A DNA stretch of 64,000 bases, from positions 6,610 to 70,609 of the forward strand of contig JBIIQM010000002.1 in the NCBI GenBank assembly GCA_044342075.1, given 5' to 3'. Shown piece by piece: positions 56,785 through 64,000 of the stretch. Below the pieces are notes generated by a model. The model was given only the letters and a program-made list of their open reading frames with translations, was not told the origin of the DNA and ran no database searches. Origin of the DNA: Pirellulales bacterium. GTDB taxonomy: Bacteria > Planctomycetota > Planctomycetia > Pirellulales > UBA1268. The stretch's first letter is position 1; each line of letters starts with the position of its first letter. Position numbers and translations under genes: made by a program.

Positions 56785-56902
56785 GGTAGGCTTCAGCCTG
56801 CCAACGCAGAAAGTAGGGTAGGCTTCAGCCTGCCAAATGCGGCCCCGATTCATTGGCAGGCCAAAGGCTACCTATGAAAAGGCAGCCTAAAGGCTACCCT
56901 AC
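56781..56902. repeat. REP cluster (2 variant + 2 degenerate units)
   Basis: GTAGGGTAGGCTTCAGCCTGCC at 56781-56802 and 56813-56834. Degenerate inverted units at 56855-56875 and 56881-56902. Lies between convergent genes. Confidence 0.85.
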
Positions 56903-57435
56903 CGGGCCTTCTTCGTAACCGTGACCTTCTTGATCGTCACGGGCTCGACGGGGCGGTCGCCGCCGCCGGTCTTCACGTTGCCGATCGCCTTCACCACGTC
57001 GAGGCTCGCCGCATCGGCGGTGCGGCCGAAGACGGTGTATTGGTTGTCGAGGTGCGGCACCCGCTCGAGGCAGATGAAGAACTGGCTGCCGGCCGAGTTG
57101 GGGTCGTTCGTGCGGGCCATCGACAAGACGCCCGGTTCGTGCGGCGTGCGGTTGAACTCGGCGGGGATCTTGTAGCCCGGGCCGCCGGTGCCCGTGCCCT
57201 CGGGGCAGCCTCCCTGGATCATGAAGCCCTTGATGATCCGGTGGAAGCAGCCGCTGTCGTAGAACCCGCTCTCGGCGAGCGCCACCATGTTGCGGACGTG
57301 GCCGGGGGCCACTTTCGAGTCGAGGGCGAGGCGGATCGGGCCGGCGCTCGTGTCGAGCGTCACCTCGTAGTCAAAACCATCGAGATCGACGGCCTTGGCG
57401 GCCTTCTGCAGATCGGCGGCGGACGGCTTGGGCAT
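56899..57435 (-). CDS. ppiB: peptidyl-prolyl cis-trans isomerase, cyclophilin type
   Basis: 178 aa: FHRIIKGFMIQGGCP, GVLSMARTNDPNSAGSQFFI, YTVFGR. Confidence 0.9.
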   Translation of the reverse strand: MPKPSAADLQKAAKAVDLDGFDYEVTLDTSAGPIRLALDSKVAPGHVRNMVALAESGFYDSGCFHRIIKGFMIQGGCPEGTGTGGPGYKIPAEFNRTPHEPGVLSMARTNDPNSAGSQFFICLERVPHLDNQYTVFGRTADAASLDVVKAIGNVKTGGGDRPVEPVTIKKVTVTKKAR

Positions 57436-57470
57436 GAAAACTCCTCCTGGGGCTGTTAGGCTCGACGAGC

Positions 57471-58634
57471 ATGCGAGTTGATGCTTCCGGCACCCTCACC
57501 GACGGCGATCTCTCCGGGCGCAGGCTGGGAGGATACCGGCTCCTGCGCCGGCTTGGAAGTGGCGCGATGGCCGACGTCTATCTGGCCGAGCAGGAATCGC
57601 TCGGCCGGCAGGTGGCCGTGAAGGTGCTCGCGCCGCGCACGGCCGCGGAACCGATCGCCGTGCAGCGGTTTACGCAGGAGGCCCGCGCCGCCGCCGCGCT
57701 CATCCACGGCCACATCGTGCAGATCCACGAGGTGGCCTGCATCGACGGCATTCACTTTCTCGCCGAGGAATACGTGGCGGGGCCGACACTGAAGGCCTGG
57801 CTCGAGGCCCGCGGTCCGCTTGACGCCGCGCAGGCCGTCGCCTTGCTCGGTCAGGTCGGCTCGGCGCTTGCGCGGGCGGCGGAGCAGGGGGTTGTGCACC
57901 GCGACATCAAGCCCGAGAACCTTCTCGTCACGTCGGCCGGGGAGGTGAAGGTGGCCGACTTCGGGCTCGCCCGTGTGCTCGATGCCGCCGACGGCCTCGG
58001 TCTCACGCAACACGGCATGACGCTTGGCACGCCGCTCTACATGAGCCCCGAGCAGGCCGAGGGCAAATCTGTCGATGCGCGGAGCGATCTCTATTCGCTC
58101 GGGGCCACGGTCTATCATCTCCTCGCCGGCCGGCCGCCTTTCAATGGCACGACGAGCCTGGCCGTGGCGATGGCCCACATCAAGGAGCCGCTCACGCCGA
58201 TCGCGTCATTGCGGCCCGAGTTGCCTGCTGAACTGGCCGCGATCGTCGATCGGCTGCTTGCGAAGGATCCCGCGGCGCGGTTTCAGTCGCCGGGGGATCT
58301 TTTGCGGGCCGTGGAACGATGTGAGGCAATACTCGAAGCGGGCTCGCGGCACGGCCCGTCGCCGTTGGCCTGGACGGCGGGGTCGGAATGGGGCAGGCCA
58401 GGGCTGCCGCAGCGCGGTGGCATGGGGCAAGCGCGGCAGCCGGTGCGGACGCAGGAACTGCGCGACGCGACGGTGCGGTTGCAGGCGGCGATGGAGCGGG
58501 AGCATCTGGAGCGGGATTCTTCGCGCAGGATCTGGATGGCGACGGCTGCGGCGGCCGTCGCGGCGACGATCGCGGGGTTTCTGGCCGGCCGCGCACGGCC
58601 GCGGGGCCCGGCCCGCATTCGGCCGCCGCGGTAG
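57471..58634 (+). CDS. serine/threonine protein kinase (Hanks type)
   Basis: 387 aa: LGSGAMADVYLA, VAVKVL, HRDIKPENLLV, DFGLAR, SPEQ. C-terminal TM helix. Confidence 0.85.
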   Translation: MRVDASGTLTDGDLSGRRLGGYRLLRRLGSGAMADVYLAEQESLGRQVAVKVLAPRTAAEPIAVQRFTQEARAAAALIHGHIVQIHEVACIDGIHFLAEEYVAGPTLKAWLEARGPLDAAQAVALLGQVGSALARAAEQGVVHRDIKPENLLVTSAGEVKVADFGLARVLDAADGLGLTQHGMTLGTPLYMSPEQAEGKSVDARSDLYSLGATVYHLLAGRPPFNGTTSLAVAMAHIKEPLTPIASLRPELPAELAAIVDRLLAKDPAARFQSPGDLLRAVERCEAILEAGSRHGPSPLAWTAGSEWGRPGLPQRGGMGQARQPVRTQELRDATVRLQAAMEREHLERDSSRRIWMATAAAAVAATIAGFLAGRARPRGPARIRPPR

Positions 58635-58692
58635 CGGTTTTTGCCGGCAAAGGACGGTTTGCGGCGGTTTGGAGCGGGGTGTTCAAGTTTGC

Positions 58693-58720
58693 TTGACACC
58701 CCGTCCGACACTCTTACAGT
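58693..58720 (+). promoter_or_regulatory. sigma-70-like promoter for the tRNA gene
   Basis: TTGACA (58693-58698), 16 nt, then TACAGT (58715-58720). It ends 14 nt before the tRNA 5' end. Confidence 0.5.
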
Positions 58721-58734
58721 TTCAGAGACTACCT

Positions 58735-58807
58735 GCCCCCATCGTCTAGTGGCCCAGGACGTCGGGTTCTCAGTCCGAAAACCGGGGTTCGACTCCCCGT
58801 GGGGGTA
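58735..58807 (+). tRNA. tRNA-Glu (anticodon CUC)
   Basis: Hand-folded cloverleaf. Acceptor GCCCCCA/UGGGGGU with a G1-U72 wobble. D arm GUCU-AGUGGCCCA-GGAC. Anticodon arm UCGGG-UUCUCAG-UCCGA. Variable loop AAAC. T arm CGGGG-UUCGACU-CCCCG. Discriminator A, no encoded CCA. The D arm is near-identical to E. coli tRNA-Glu. Confidence 0.85.
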
Positions 58808-60011
58808 CTTCGACGGCCGTATCGCTCGCAAACGCGGGAGATACGGCCGTCTGCGTTTCTAGATGCACCTCGATGCAGTCCAGTGCATGGGGAAGTTGCG
58901 TCGCTTTTTGCGTCGCTTTTTGGAAGTGCTCGTCGGTCACCTGCAGGTAGTGCTTCTTGGCGACTGCCTGCGAGTTGCCGATCCAGTCGCAGACCACGTG
59001 GAGCGGATAGTCGTTGGCCAAATCCGTCTCCCGGCTGGCTCGCAGGTTGTGAAACAGCCGCGGCCATGGCTCGAGTTTGGCAATCTCGACGATGCGGAGG
59101 AGTTGCGTCCGCAGGTTGGCGTCCTTGGATCGGTAGCGGCCGATCACGTGCACGGCCCCCGGCTCGGCCTGCTCAAACGCAGTTTCGAGGTACGGGCGGA
59201 GTTCTGGAAATATCGGGATCGTCCGGGCCCTCGTCTTCGACTCGCGGACGATGATCCGGTCCTGCTCCCAGTCGACGTCGCTCCACCGCAGTCCGAGCGT
59301 CTCCGAAGGGCACCGAAGGCCACCGAACCGACTGAGGGCGAAGATGAGCCGCCACTCGTTGTCTGGGCAGGCGTCCAGAACGGCCCTCGCCATCTCGCGA
59401 GTGACGTAAAAACTCCGGGAAGAGTTCGACTGGCCGCCGGCGCTCACGTCGGCAAATGGGTTGGTGTCGATGAGTCCGTGCCGCTGCGCGGCCTTGAATA
59501 CCTGCCGGGCACGCTTCACCTCGCGAGCCACGGTGACGCGAGAGTAACCATCCCGAATGAGCTGCTCCTTGTAGGCGTCGGCGTCTCCTGCGTTAACGGA
59601 CTCCATCGGGCGGTCTTTGCCGAAAAACTCGGTCAGAATCCGTTGGGACTGCCGCAGGTTGCGGATAGTATTCGGCCGAAGCCCCGCACGGCCCTCGATG
59701 TATTTGGTCAGGAAGTCATTCAGAGTGGACGCAGGGGCCTCTGTCGCCGCCTCCGGGACACGGTGCGGCACGAGACCTGCTCTCGCCAGCCGGGCGTGGA
59801 AGTCGTTGCTGAGAGATGCCAGCCAGCACGCGGTCTCGGCGTCGATGGGCAGCCCGGCGATGGCCGTCGAGAGAAGCCGCTCGACGCGCACCTTCACGCC
59901 GTCGGCAGTCGACTTCGGCACCTTGCCGAGCCGGAGCGTCTGTCGCCCGCGCGTCGGGTGCCTGAAGTGAATCTTTCGCCGTCCGTTGCTGTCGCTAGAA
60001 ACGCTTGCCAT
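58770..60011 (-). CDS. int: tyrosine-type site-specific integrase
   Basis: 413 aa. Catalytic-domain blocks LSRFGGLRCPSE (Arg), HNLRASRET (His-x-x-Arg) and AKKHYLQV (Tyr). The last ~13 codons are read through the antisense of the tRNA 3' half. Confidence 0.85.
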   Translation of the reverse strand: MASVSSDSNGRRKIHFRHPTRGRQTLRLGKVPKSTADGVKVRVERLLSTAIAGLPIDAETACWLASLSNDFHARLARAGLVPHRVPEAATEAPASTLNDFLTKYIEGRAGLRPNTIRNLRQSQRILTEFFGKDRPMESVNAGDADAYKEQLIRDGYSRVTVAREVKRARQVFKAAQRHGLIDTNPFADVSAGGQSNSSRSFYVTREMARAVLDACPDNEWRLIFALSRFGGLRCPSETLGLRWSDVDWEQDRIIVRESKTRARTIPIFPELRPYLETAFEQAEPGAVHVIGRYRSKDANLRTQLLRIVEIAKLEPWPRLFHNLRASRETDLANDYPLHVVCDWIGNSQAVAKKHYLQVTDEHFQKATQKATQLPHALDCIEVHLETQTAVSPAFASDTAVEVPPRGVEPRFSD

Positions 60012-60050
60012 TTCACTTCTCCCGGTAGTCCTCGAGCCCCTTCCCTACCT

Positions 60051-60401
60051 TTAAAACGGTGGAGGGTAGTTCACCTTCCCGCAGGACTTGCACGTCCATG
60101 GTTCGGTCGTGCCGTCTCGGACTGGTATGCCTTTTAATACGCGAGCCCCGCACTCGCAGGCGATCCCTGCGTCCGGCCCCGCCACGGTTTTTCTGTCATA
60201 GTCCCGAGCCGTCGGGGGCAGTTGCGGCCTCTGTGCAGCCCCGCCCGAGAGCAGATCGAGGATTTCGGCCTTCATCGACCGAATCCATGCGGCGAGCAGG
60301 GGCGGCATGGCATGACGGGGCCAGTAGCGAACCTCCCCACCCTCTGCCTTCAGGACGAGACCGATTCGCTTGGCTTCAGCGAGCACCTCCGTCGCGTTCA
60401 T
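60051..60401 (-). CDS. hypothetical protein with TubC_N-like helical motif and C-terminal Cys-pair zinc-ribbon-like motif
   Basis: ATG at 60401 directly follows the upstream stop. EVLAEAKRIGLVLKAEGGEVRYWPRHAMPPLLAAWIRSMKAEILDLL, then CECGARV...CKSCGK. Confidence 0.45.
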   Translation of the reverse strand: MNATEVLAEAKRIGLVLKAEGGEVRYWPRHAMPPLLAAWIRSMKAEILDLLSGGAAQRPQLPPTARDYDRKTVAGPDAGIACECGARVLKGIPVRDGTTEPWTCKSCGKVNYPPPF

Positions 60402-62752
60402 ATGGCCCCCCAATCGGATTCGGCTACGTTCCCGCTGTCTACGTCTACATCATCTACACTTTGTGCCGCGCTGCTCTCAGGGGGCGACTTGAGGACAAAC
60501 CGTGTCGTCCGGCCTGCTTCCTGCCATGCCCCGCACCCGGCCGCCACGAGGGATTCTAGGGCTTTTCTGGCGGCGACGGCCGTCTCGAAACCGCGCATGC
60601 CCTGCTGCACCTCCCGCGTGGTCGCTGATCCGCCGCGTTTGCCGATCCAATCTAAAAGCCGCCGCTGCTCGGCGGCGCTGTCGTTCTCATGGAGCATCGC
60701 GTAGATACGCCGCGCCTCGCGTTTGAACCACTCAGTCACTTCGATCGCACTCGCCATGCTTTTTCCGTCCGCCTCACACTCGTCGTGCATAGTCTCGCCT
60801 GCGACAACACGGATGCCGTGGATGACCAGGGCAATGCGCAGCGGGACCTCCTCCAGTTTCGACCAAGCGGATGCAAGGTCGCCCGAGAGGTCGCGCGCCT
60901 CGTGGTTGTGGCGATCGAAGAACTCTTGATACATCGCTTTCGCTTCGGGGGACGGTCGCACCACCAGCGGACGAAACGTGCCCTCACCCCCAGACAGATC
61001 GGGCGTCATTGCAAATAGCCGTAGGATCACGGCCTCGTACATGTCCTTGATCTCCGGCGCAATCTCTGCCTCCGACCACTTCTTCGCTCGGCGCGGTGGG
61101 CAGGCCAGCAGAAAACGTGCCAGGAGCCCGGCATCGCGATGCTCCTGCGTGAAGCAGCGCCGCAGAATTGCCGGCTGAATCCCTCCGACGATGCAAACGG
61201 CGGCCTGCGCGACGCGAAGCGTCGGCAGGTCGCCTGTCTTCCTGTCGACGATCAGATTCTCAGCGCTGTAGAGCGATAGGTACCTCGCAGCGTCACCCTG
61301 GCTCTTTCCGTTGCCGTATCGCTCGAAGGCTTGGAGCCAGCCGGCGAGTTCGTCGACCGCCAGCAAAGCGCCGCGCGGGTTCCCAGCAAGCCGTGACGCG
61401 AGCGCCTCCAAGGTGATGTCCTTCAGCAGGAATCGCTCCTGCTGTGGGGGCTTGGGGCGCACGGGTGCTTCGTCGCCGCCTTTTCTACTTTTGAAGAGAG
61501 CAAGGTCTCGCTCATACGCGGCGAGTTGCTGTTCGTGCTCGAGTCGCTTCTGCTCAAAGTCGCTGAACGCCTCCTCATCGCGCAGGCCGGTTGCCTGTAG
61601 TGCTAGTTTCTGAGCAGGCGTTTTCGCGCTGCCACTCTCGCCAACAACGGCGCACCACAGTATCGGTGGCACCAGCCAGTCTCGTTTCGCTTGGAGGCGT
61701 CGCGAATTGCCGATGGCGGCGCCACATGCGGCGAGCGCCGGAAGCGCGATGTAACTGGCATCGCAGCCGATCGCGCTGGCGCCGGCATTCACGAGGCGAG
61801 CCAGCGGCGCGGGGAGAGCGTGCACGGGGAAGGGCTCGTACGGCGCGAAGCCGTCTTCCGGCTCTGGGCCGTCGAGGTGTGGTGTCTCGGCGATTTCGCG
61901 GTCGACCCGCTCCCGCAGCTTCCCCATCGCGCTGGCGTCAGCGCCTTCGACGAGGTCTGCGATGTCGCCACCGACCGAAAGCCCCCCCAGTGCCACAATC
62001 CGCACCCGGGCCGGAGGCGAGAGCGAGAGAAGGTTGTCGGCCACGTCGTCGGCGTAGTCATAGCCCGCTTCGTCGTTGTCCGGCAGAATGATTACGCCCT
62101 TTCCCGCGAGCGGAGACCAATCTGTTTTTCTGGCGGCCTTCGCACCGCCGGCCGATGTGGTCGCGACGTATCCAAGCAGTCTGGCAGCATCTGCCGCCTT
62201 CTCTCCCTCTACCACGACGACCGTGCTGGCTTCGGCGATCGCCGTCATGCCGAAAACTGGTCGCGGCTCCGGCATCGCATCCAAGCACCAACCGCCGCTG
62301 CGGAGAGACACGGGACGGTAGGTCTTGCCCTCGGCAAGATCGAATCGCAGCACGGCACCGACTGGCTCGCCAGTCGCGTTGTGATAAATCCAGTAGCGGC
62401 AGGTTGCGCGAAGCCTTTTCTCCACAGCATTGATCGCCTCGCTGAGCGTGCCGAACAGCACAGGATTGCGCTGTTTGTTTCGCCGCGCGTTAGGCCGCGG
62501 ACCGGGGCGCTCCGGTGCCACGGAGGGCAGCTCATTGGCCGGCATAAGGTCCCGCATCTCGACGCCCAGGGCACGCACGACATCCGGCGTAGCGCAGCCG
62601 GCATGGCAGTGAACGAGCACCTTTCCGTCCTCCGCCTCTTTGATCGAGAGGCTGGGGTTGCGGTCGTCGTGCGCGGGGCATCGGGCCTGCCAGCCATTGT
62701 GGCCATGGCGGGCGTCGGGTAGTCGATCAAGAATTCGGGCGAGAGGCGTCAT
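60398..62752 (-). CDS. Toprim-domain primase fused to DUF3987-like (YfjI-like) domain
   Basis: 784 aa. Zinc motif WQARCPAHDDRNPSLSI...VHCHAGC. Toprim-like VVVVEGEKAADAA...IILPDNDEAGYDYA. P-loop-like VVGESGSAKTP within a DUF3987-like region. Confidence 0.7.
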   Translation of the reverse strand: MTPLARILDRLPDARHGHNGWQARCPAHDDRNPSLSIKEAEDGKVLVHCHAGCATPDVVRALGVEMRDLMPANELPSVAPERPGPRPNARRNKQRNPVLFGTLSEAINAVEKRLRATCRYWIYHNATGEPVGAVLRFDLAEGKTYRPVSLRSGGWCLDAMPEPRPVFGMTAIAEASTVVVVEGEKAADAARLLGYVATTSAGGAKAARKTDWSPLAGKGVIILPDNDEAGYDYADDVADNLLSLSPPARVRIVALGGLSVGGDIADLVEGADASAMGKLRERVDREIAETPHLDGPEPEDGFAPYEPFPVHALPAPLARLVNAGASAIGCDASYIALPALAACGAAIGNSRRLQAKRDWLVPPILWCAVVGESGSAKTPAQKLALQATGLRDEEAFSDFEQKRLEHEQQLAAYERDLALFKSRKGGDEAPVRPKPPQQERFLLKDITLEALASRLAGNPRGALLAVDELAGWLQAFERYGNGKSQGDAARYLSLYSAENLIVDRKTGDLPTLRVAQAAVCIVGGIQPAILRRCFTQEHRDAGLLARFLLACPPRRAKKWSEAEIAPEIKDMYEAVILRLFAMTPDLSGGEGTFRPLVVRPSPEAKAMYQEFFDRHNHEARDLSGDLASAWSKLEEVPLRIALVIHGIRVVAGETMHDECEADGKSMASAIEVTEWFKREARRIYAMLHENDSAAEQRRLLDWIGKRGGSATTREVQQGMRGFETAVAARKALESLVAAGCGAWQEAGRTTRFVLKSPPESSAAQSVDDVDVDSGNVAESDWGAI

Positions 62753-62975
62753 CGTTGGAATCCCTTCCAGTGTTAGAGTTCTGAGCGAGCCAGTTACGCA
62801 GTGCTTCCACGGGGTAGACGACGGCACGCCCCACGCGCACGTGAGGGATGTCGCCGTGTTTCGTCTGTGTCGCGAGCAGTCGCTCGCTGATGCCGAGCAT
62901 CTCCGCTGCCGCGGTGGCCCTCACCGCGAGCGTCGGCGGGCGTTCGCAGCAGCGATCGAAGAGGGGGCTACTCAT
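62727..62975 (-). CDS. excisionase-family helix-turn-helix DNA-binding protein
   Basis: 82 aa. VRATAAAEMLGISERLLATQTKHGDIPHVRVGRAVVYPVEALRNWL matches the excisionase/MerR-type HTH pattern. Confidence 0.6.
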   Translation of the reverse strand: MSSPLFDRCCERPPTLAVRATAAAEMLGISERLLATQTKHGDIPHVRVGRAVVYPVEALRNWLAQNSNTGRDSNDDASRPNS

Positions 62976-63162
62976 CCCTGCACCTCGCTTCGAGTGGCGG
63001 CTGCGACCGAAACTGCACGATGACCCCGAGGGCGAAGAGGGCGTCGGCATGCTTGGCGGCCTCATTCGGCCGGCCCATACGCCATTCGTAAATGAGCTGG
63101 TTGAAGAGGCAGGCGATTTCTCGCCCCCCGTGTGCGTCGGGCACCCGTTCGTCATTTGCCAT
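62968..63162 (-). CDS. hypothetical protein
   Basis: 64-aa ORF (MANDERV...) bridging the two HTH genes with small overlaps. No family recognised. Confidence 0.3.
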   Translation of the reverse strand: MANDERVPDAHGGREIACLFNQLIYEWRMGRPNEAAKHADALFALGVIVQFRSQPPLEARCRDE

Positions 63163-63400
63163 CGCGGTGCCCCCCATTCACGTCGTTGAAGGCAGAGCGA
63201 CGGGCGACGGTCGGCAGACACCCGGCCAGAATCCAATTGGCAATATCGTCCCGCCGCCAACGCACTGCGCCGCCGATCCGGAGGGGCTGTGGTGCTATCC
63301 GATCAGCCACGAGCCGCCACCACGTCCGCTTCGAGACGCCAATGAGCGCGGCAGCCTCGTCGGCTCGCAGAAGTGCGGGCTCGACATCACGAACAATCAT
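63152..63400 (-). CDS. AlpA/excisionase-like helix-turn-helix protein
   Basis: 82 aa. LLRADEAAALIGVSKRTWWRLVADRIAPQPLRIGGAVRWRRDDIANWI matches the AlpA-type pattern. Confidence 0.6.
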   Translation of the reverse strand: MIVRDVEPALLRADEAAALIGVSKRTWWRLVADRIAPQPLRIGGAVRWRRDDIANWILAGCLPTVARRSAFNDVNGGHRDGK

Positions 63401-63490
63401 CTTGTCACCTCACATCCTGTGTTACTCACGCTCGCTGCGTGCGTGACCCCAGGATTGAGGCAAAAGAGAAGTCCGACAAATGTGCGGCGA

Positions 63491-63516
63491 ACGAGAATGG
63501 ACGCGTCCATTCTCGT
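63491..63516. promoter_or_regulatory. 26-bp perfect palindrome (operator-like)
   Basis: ACGAGAATGGACGCGTCCATTCTCGT, upstream of the AlpA-like gene within the island. Confidence 0.45.
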
Positions 63517-63590
63517 GAATGTCAGAAAACGCCAGTCAACGCCGGCGACTGCACTCCGACTGCAAATGAGAACGGACTTGCATGAGATCA

Positions 63591-63608
63591 AGAGTGGACG
63601 TCCACTCT
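63591..63608. promoter_or_regulatory. 18-bp perfect palindrome related to 63491-63516 (operator-like)
   Basis: AGAGTGGACGTCCACTCT shares the TGGACG/CGTCCA core. A half-site-like GAGAACGGAC lies at 63567-63576. Confidence 0.4.
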
Positions 63609-63655
63609 AGCGACTGTTTCCCTTAGCCCCCATGGAGAGTGCGGGCATCCGACGG

Positions 63656-63961
63656 CTACTTCGCCCGAGCCTTAGCCTTCTTCTCCTTGCGTCGCCGCAG
63701 TCGGCCCCGATGCCTTTCGCGTAACCGTTCAACTTCATCAAGGTTAAAGCCTTTTGCTGCGGCAAAGTCGGCGATATGGAAGCGTCGCTTTGCGCGACCG
63801 CAGTCTCGCTTATATTCTTCAATCATCTGGGCGAAGGCTTCGAGGGCGACCTCCGACACTTCACTCTTTTCATTCGCCGCGTTCTCTATGATCTGCGAGT
63901 GACCGGCCGGCTGGTGTGTCGCGGCCAACGATCCTGTCAATGTCAGGAATGCTGGCTCCAA
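63656..63961 (-). CDS. hypothetical protein (Lys/Arg-rich C-terminus)
   Basis: 101-aa ORF co-directional with the island genes, in a lower-GC context. No family recognised, and a competing + strand ORF exists. Confidence 0.3.
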   Translation of the reverse strand: MEPAFLTLTGSLAATHQPAGHSQIIENAANEKSEVSEVALEAFAQMIEEYKRDCGRAKRRFHIADFAAAKGFNLDEVERLRERHRGRLRRRKEKKAKARAK

Positions 63962-64000
63962 ATCGACGAGGATGTCGTCGAGCGCCAGTTGTGACGCAAG

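Larger units (their letters stand above)
58770..64000. mobile_element. tRNA-Glu-associated integrative element (partial; continues beyond window end)
   Basis: Integrase abuts and overlaps the tRNA 3' half. It is followed co-directionally by a primase/DUF3987 gene, two excisionase-type HTH genes and small hypothetical genes. GC visibly drops after about 63.4 kb. The second att copy is not in the window. Confidence 0.7.

Noticed and set aside
39231-56902. REP clusters as a possible CRISPR array
   Set aside because: The units are 22 nt, occur in both orientations, are separated by irregular 3-23 nt spacers, and are scattered between genes. No cas genes are present.
63373-63902. + strand ORFs 63373..63585 and 63639..63902 in the island control region
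   Set aside because: They run against the uniform minus-strand gene direction of the element and have Cys/His/Arg-rich or low-complexity translations. The first spans the palindromic operator-like sites.

Overview
GC-rich bacterial chromosomal segment, most likely planctomycete: LSVETLEARTLL-type N-termini on secreted proteins, many TPR, HlyD and beta-propeller envelope proteins, and scattered flagellar genes. I support about 62 protein genes and one tRNA. Housekeeping genes are purB, holA, clpX, deoC, an aminotransferase, mdh, ilvA-like and a cyclophilin. There are two flagellar loci: flhA-fliA-flgM at 9.9-13.5 kb, and fliF, a fliO/fliP fusion, fliQ, fliR and a truncated flhB at 28.7-33.4 kb. 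Other content includes a TIM-barrel/UbiA/TIM-barrel cassette, TerC, a TlpA-like redoxin, an MCP, a Ser/Thr kinase and an inverse-autotransporter-like protein. From 58.7 kb a tRNA-Glu(CUC)-linked integrative element runs off the window end; it carries a tyrosine integrase, a Toprim/DUF3987 primase and two excisionase-type HTH genes. The best candidate for an undescribed system is the operon at 40.85-46.52 kb. It encodes a DUF3467 protein, a GAF-GAF-HlyD adaptor, a HlyD adaptor, and a PqqD-like/M50-protease/HlyD fusion, with no transporter or outer-membrane factor gene. Non-coding structure is also notable. A GTAG-headed REP/REPIN family fills seven intergenic sites between 39.2 and 56.9 kb, and its head supplies the TAG stop codon of seven genes. 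A second GTAG-headed hairpin family lies at 54.0 kb. An 88-nt structured repeat sits about 100 nt upstream of both TerC and the TlpA-like gene. A perfect 32-bp inverted repeat bridges two convergent genes at 5.5 kb. All calls rest on reading translations and hand-folding, not on database searches. Many long ORFs in the track are antisense or off-frame shadows typical of high-GC DNA and are not called.
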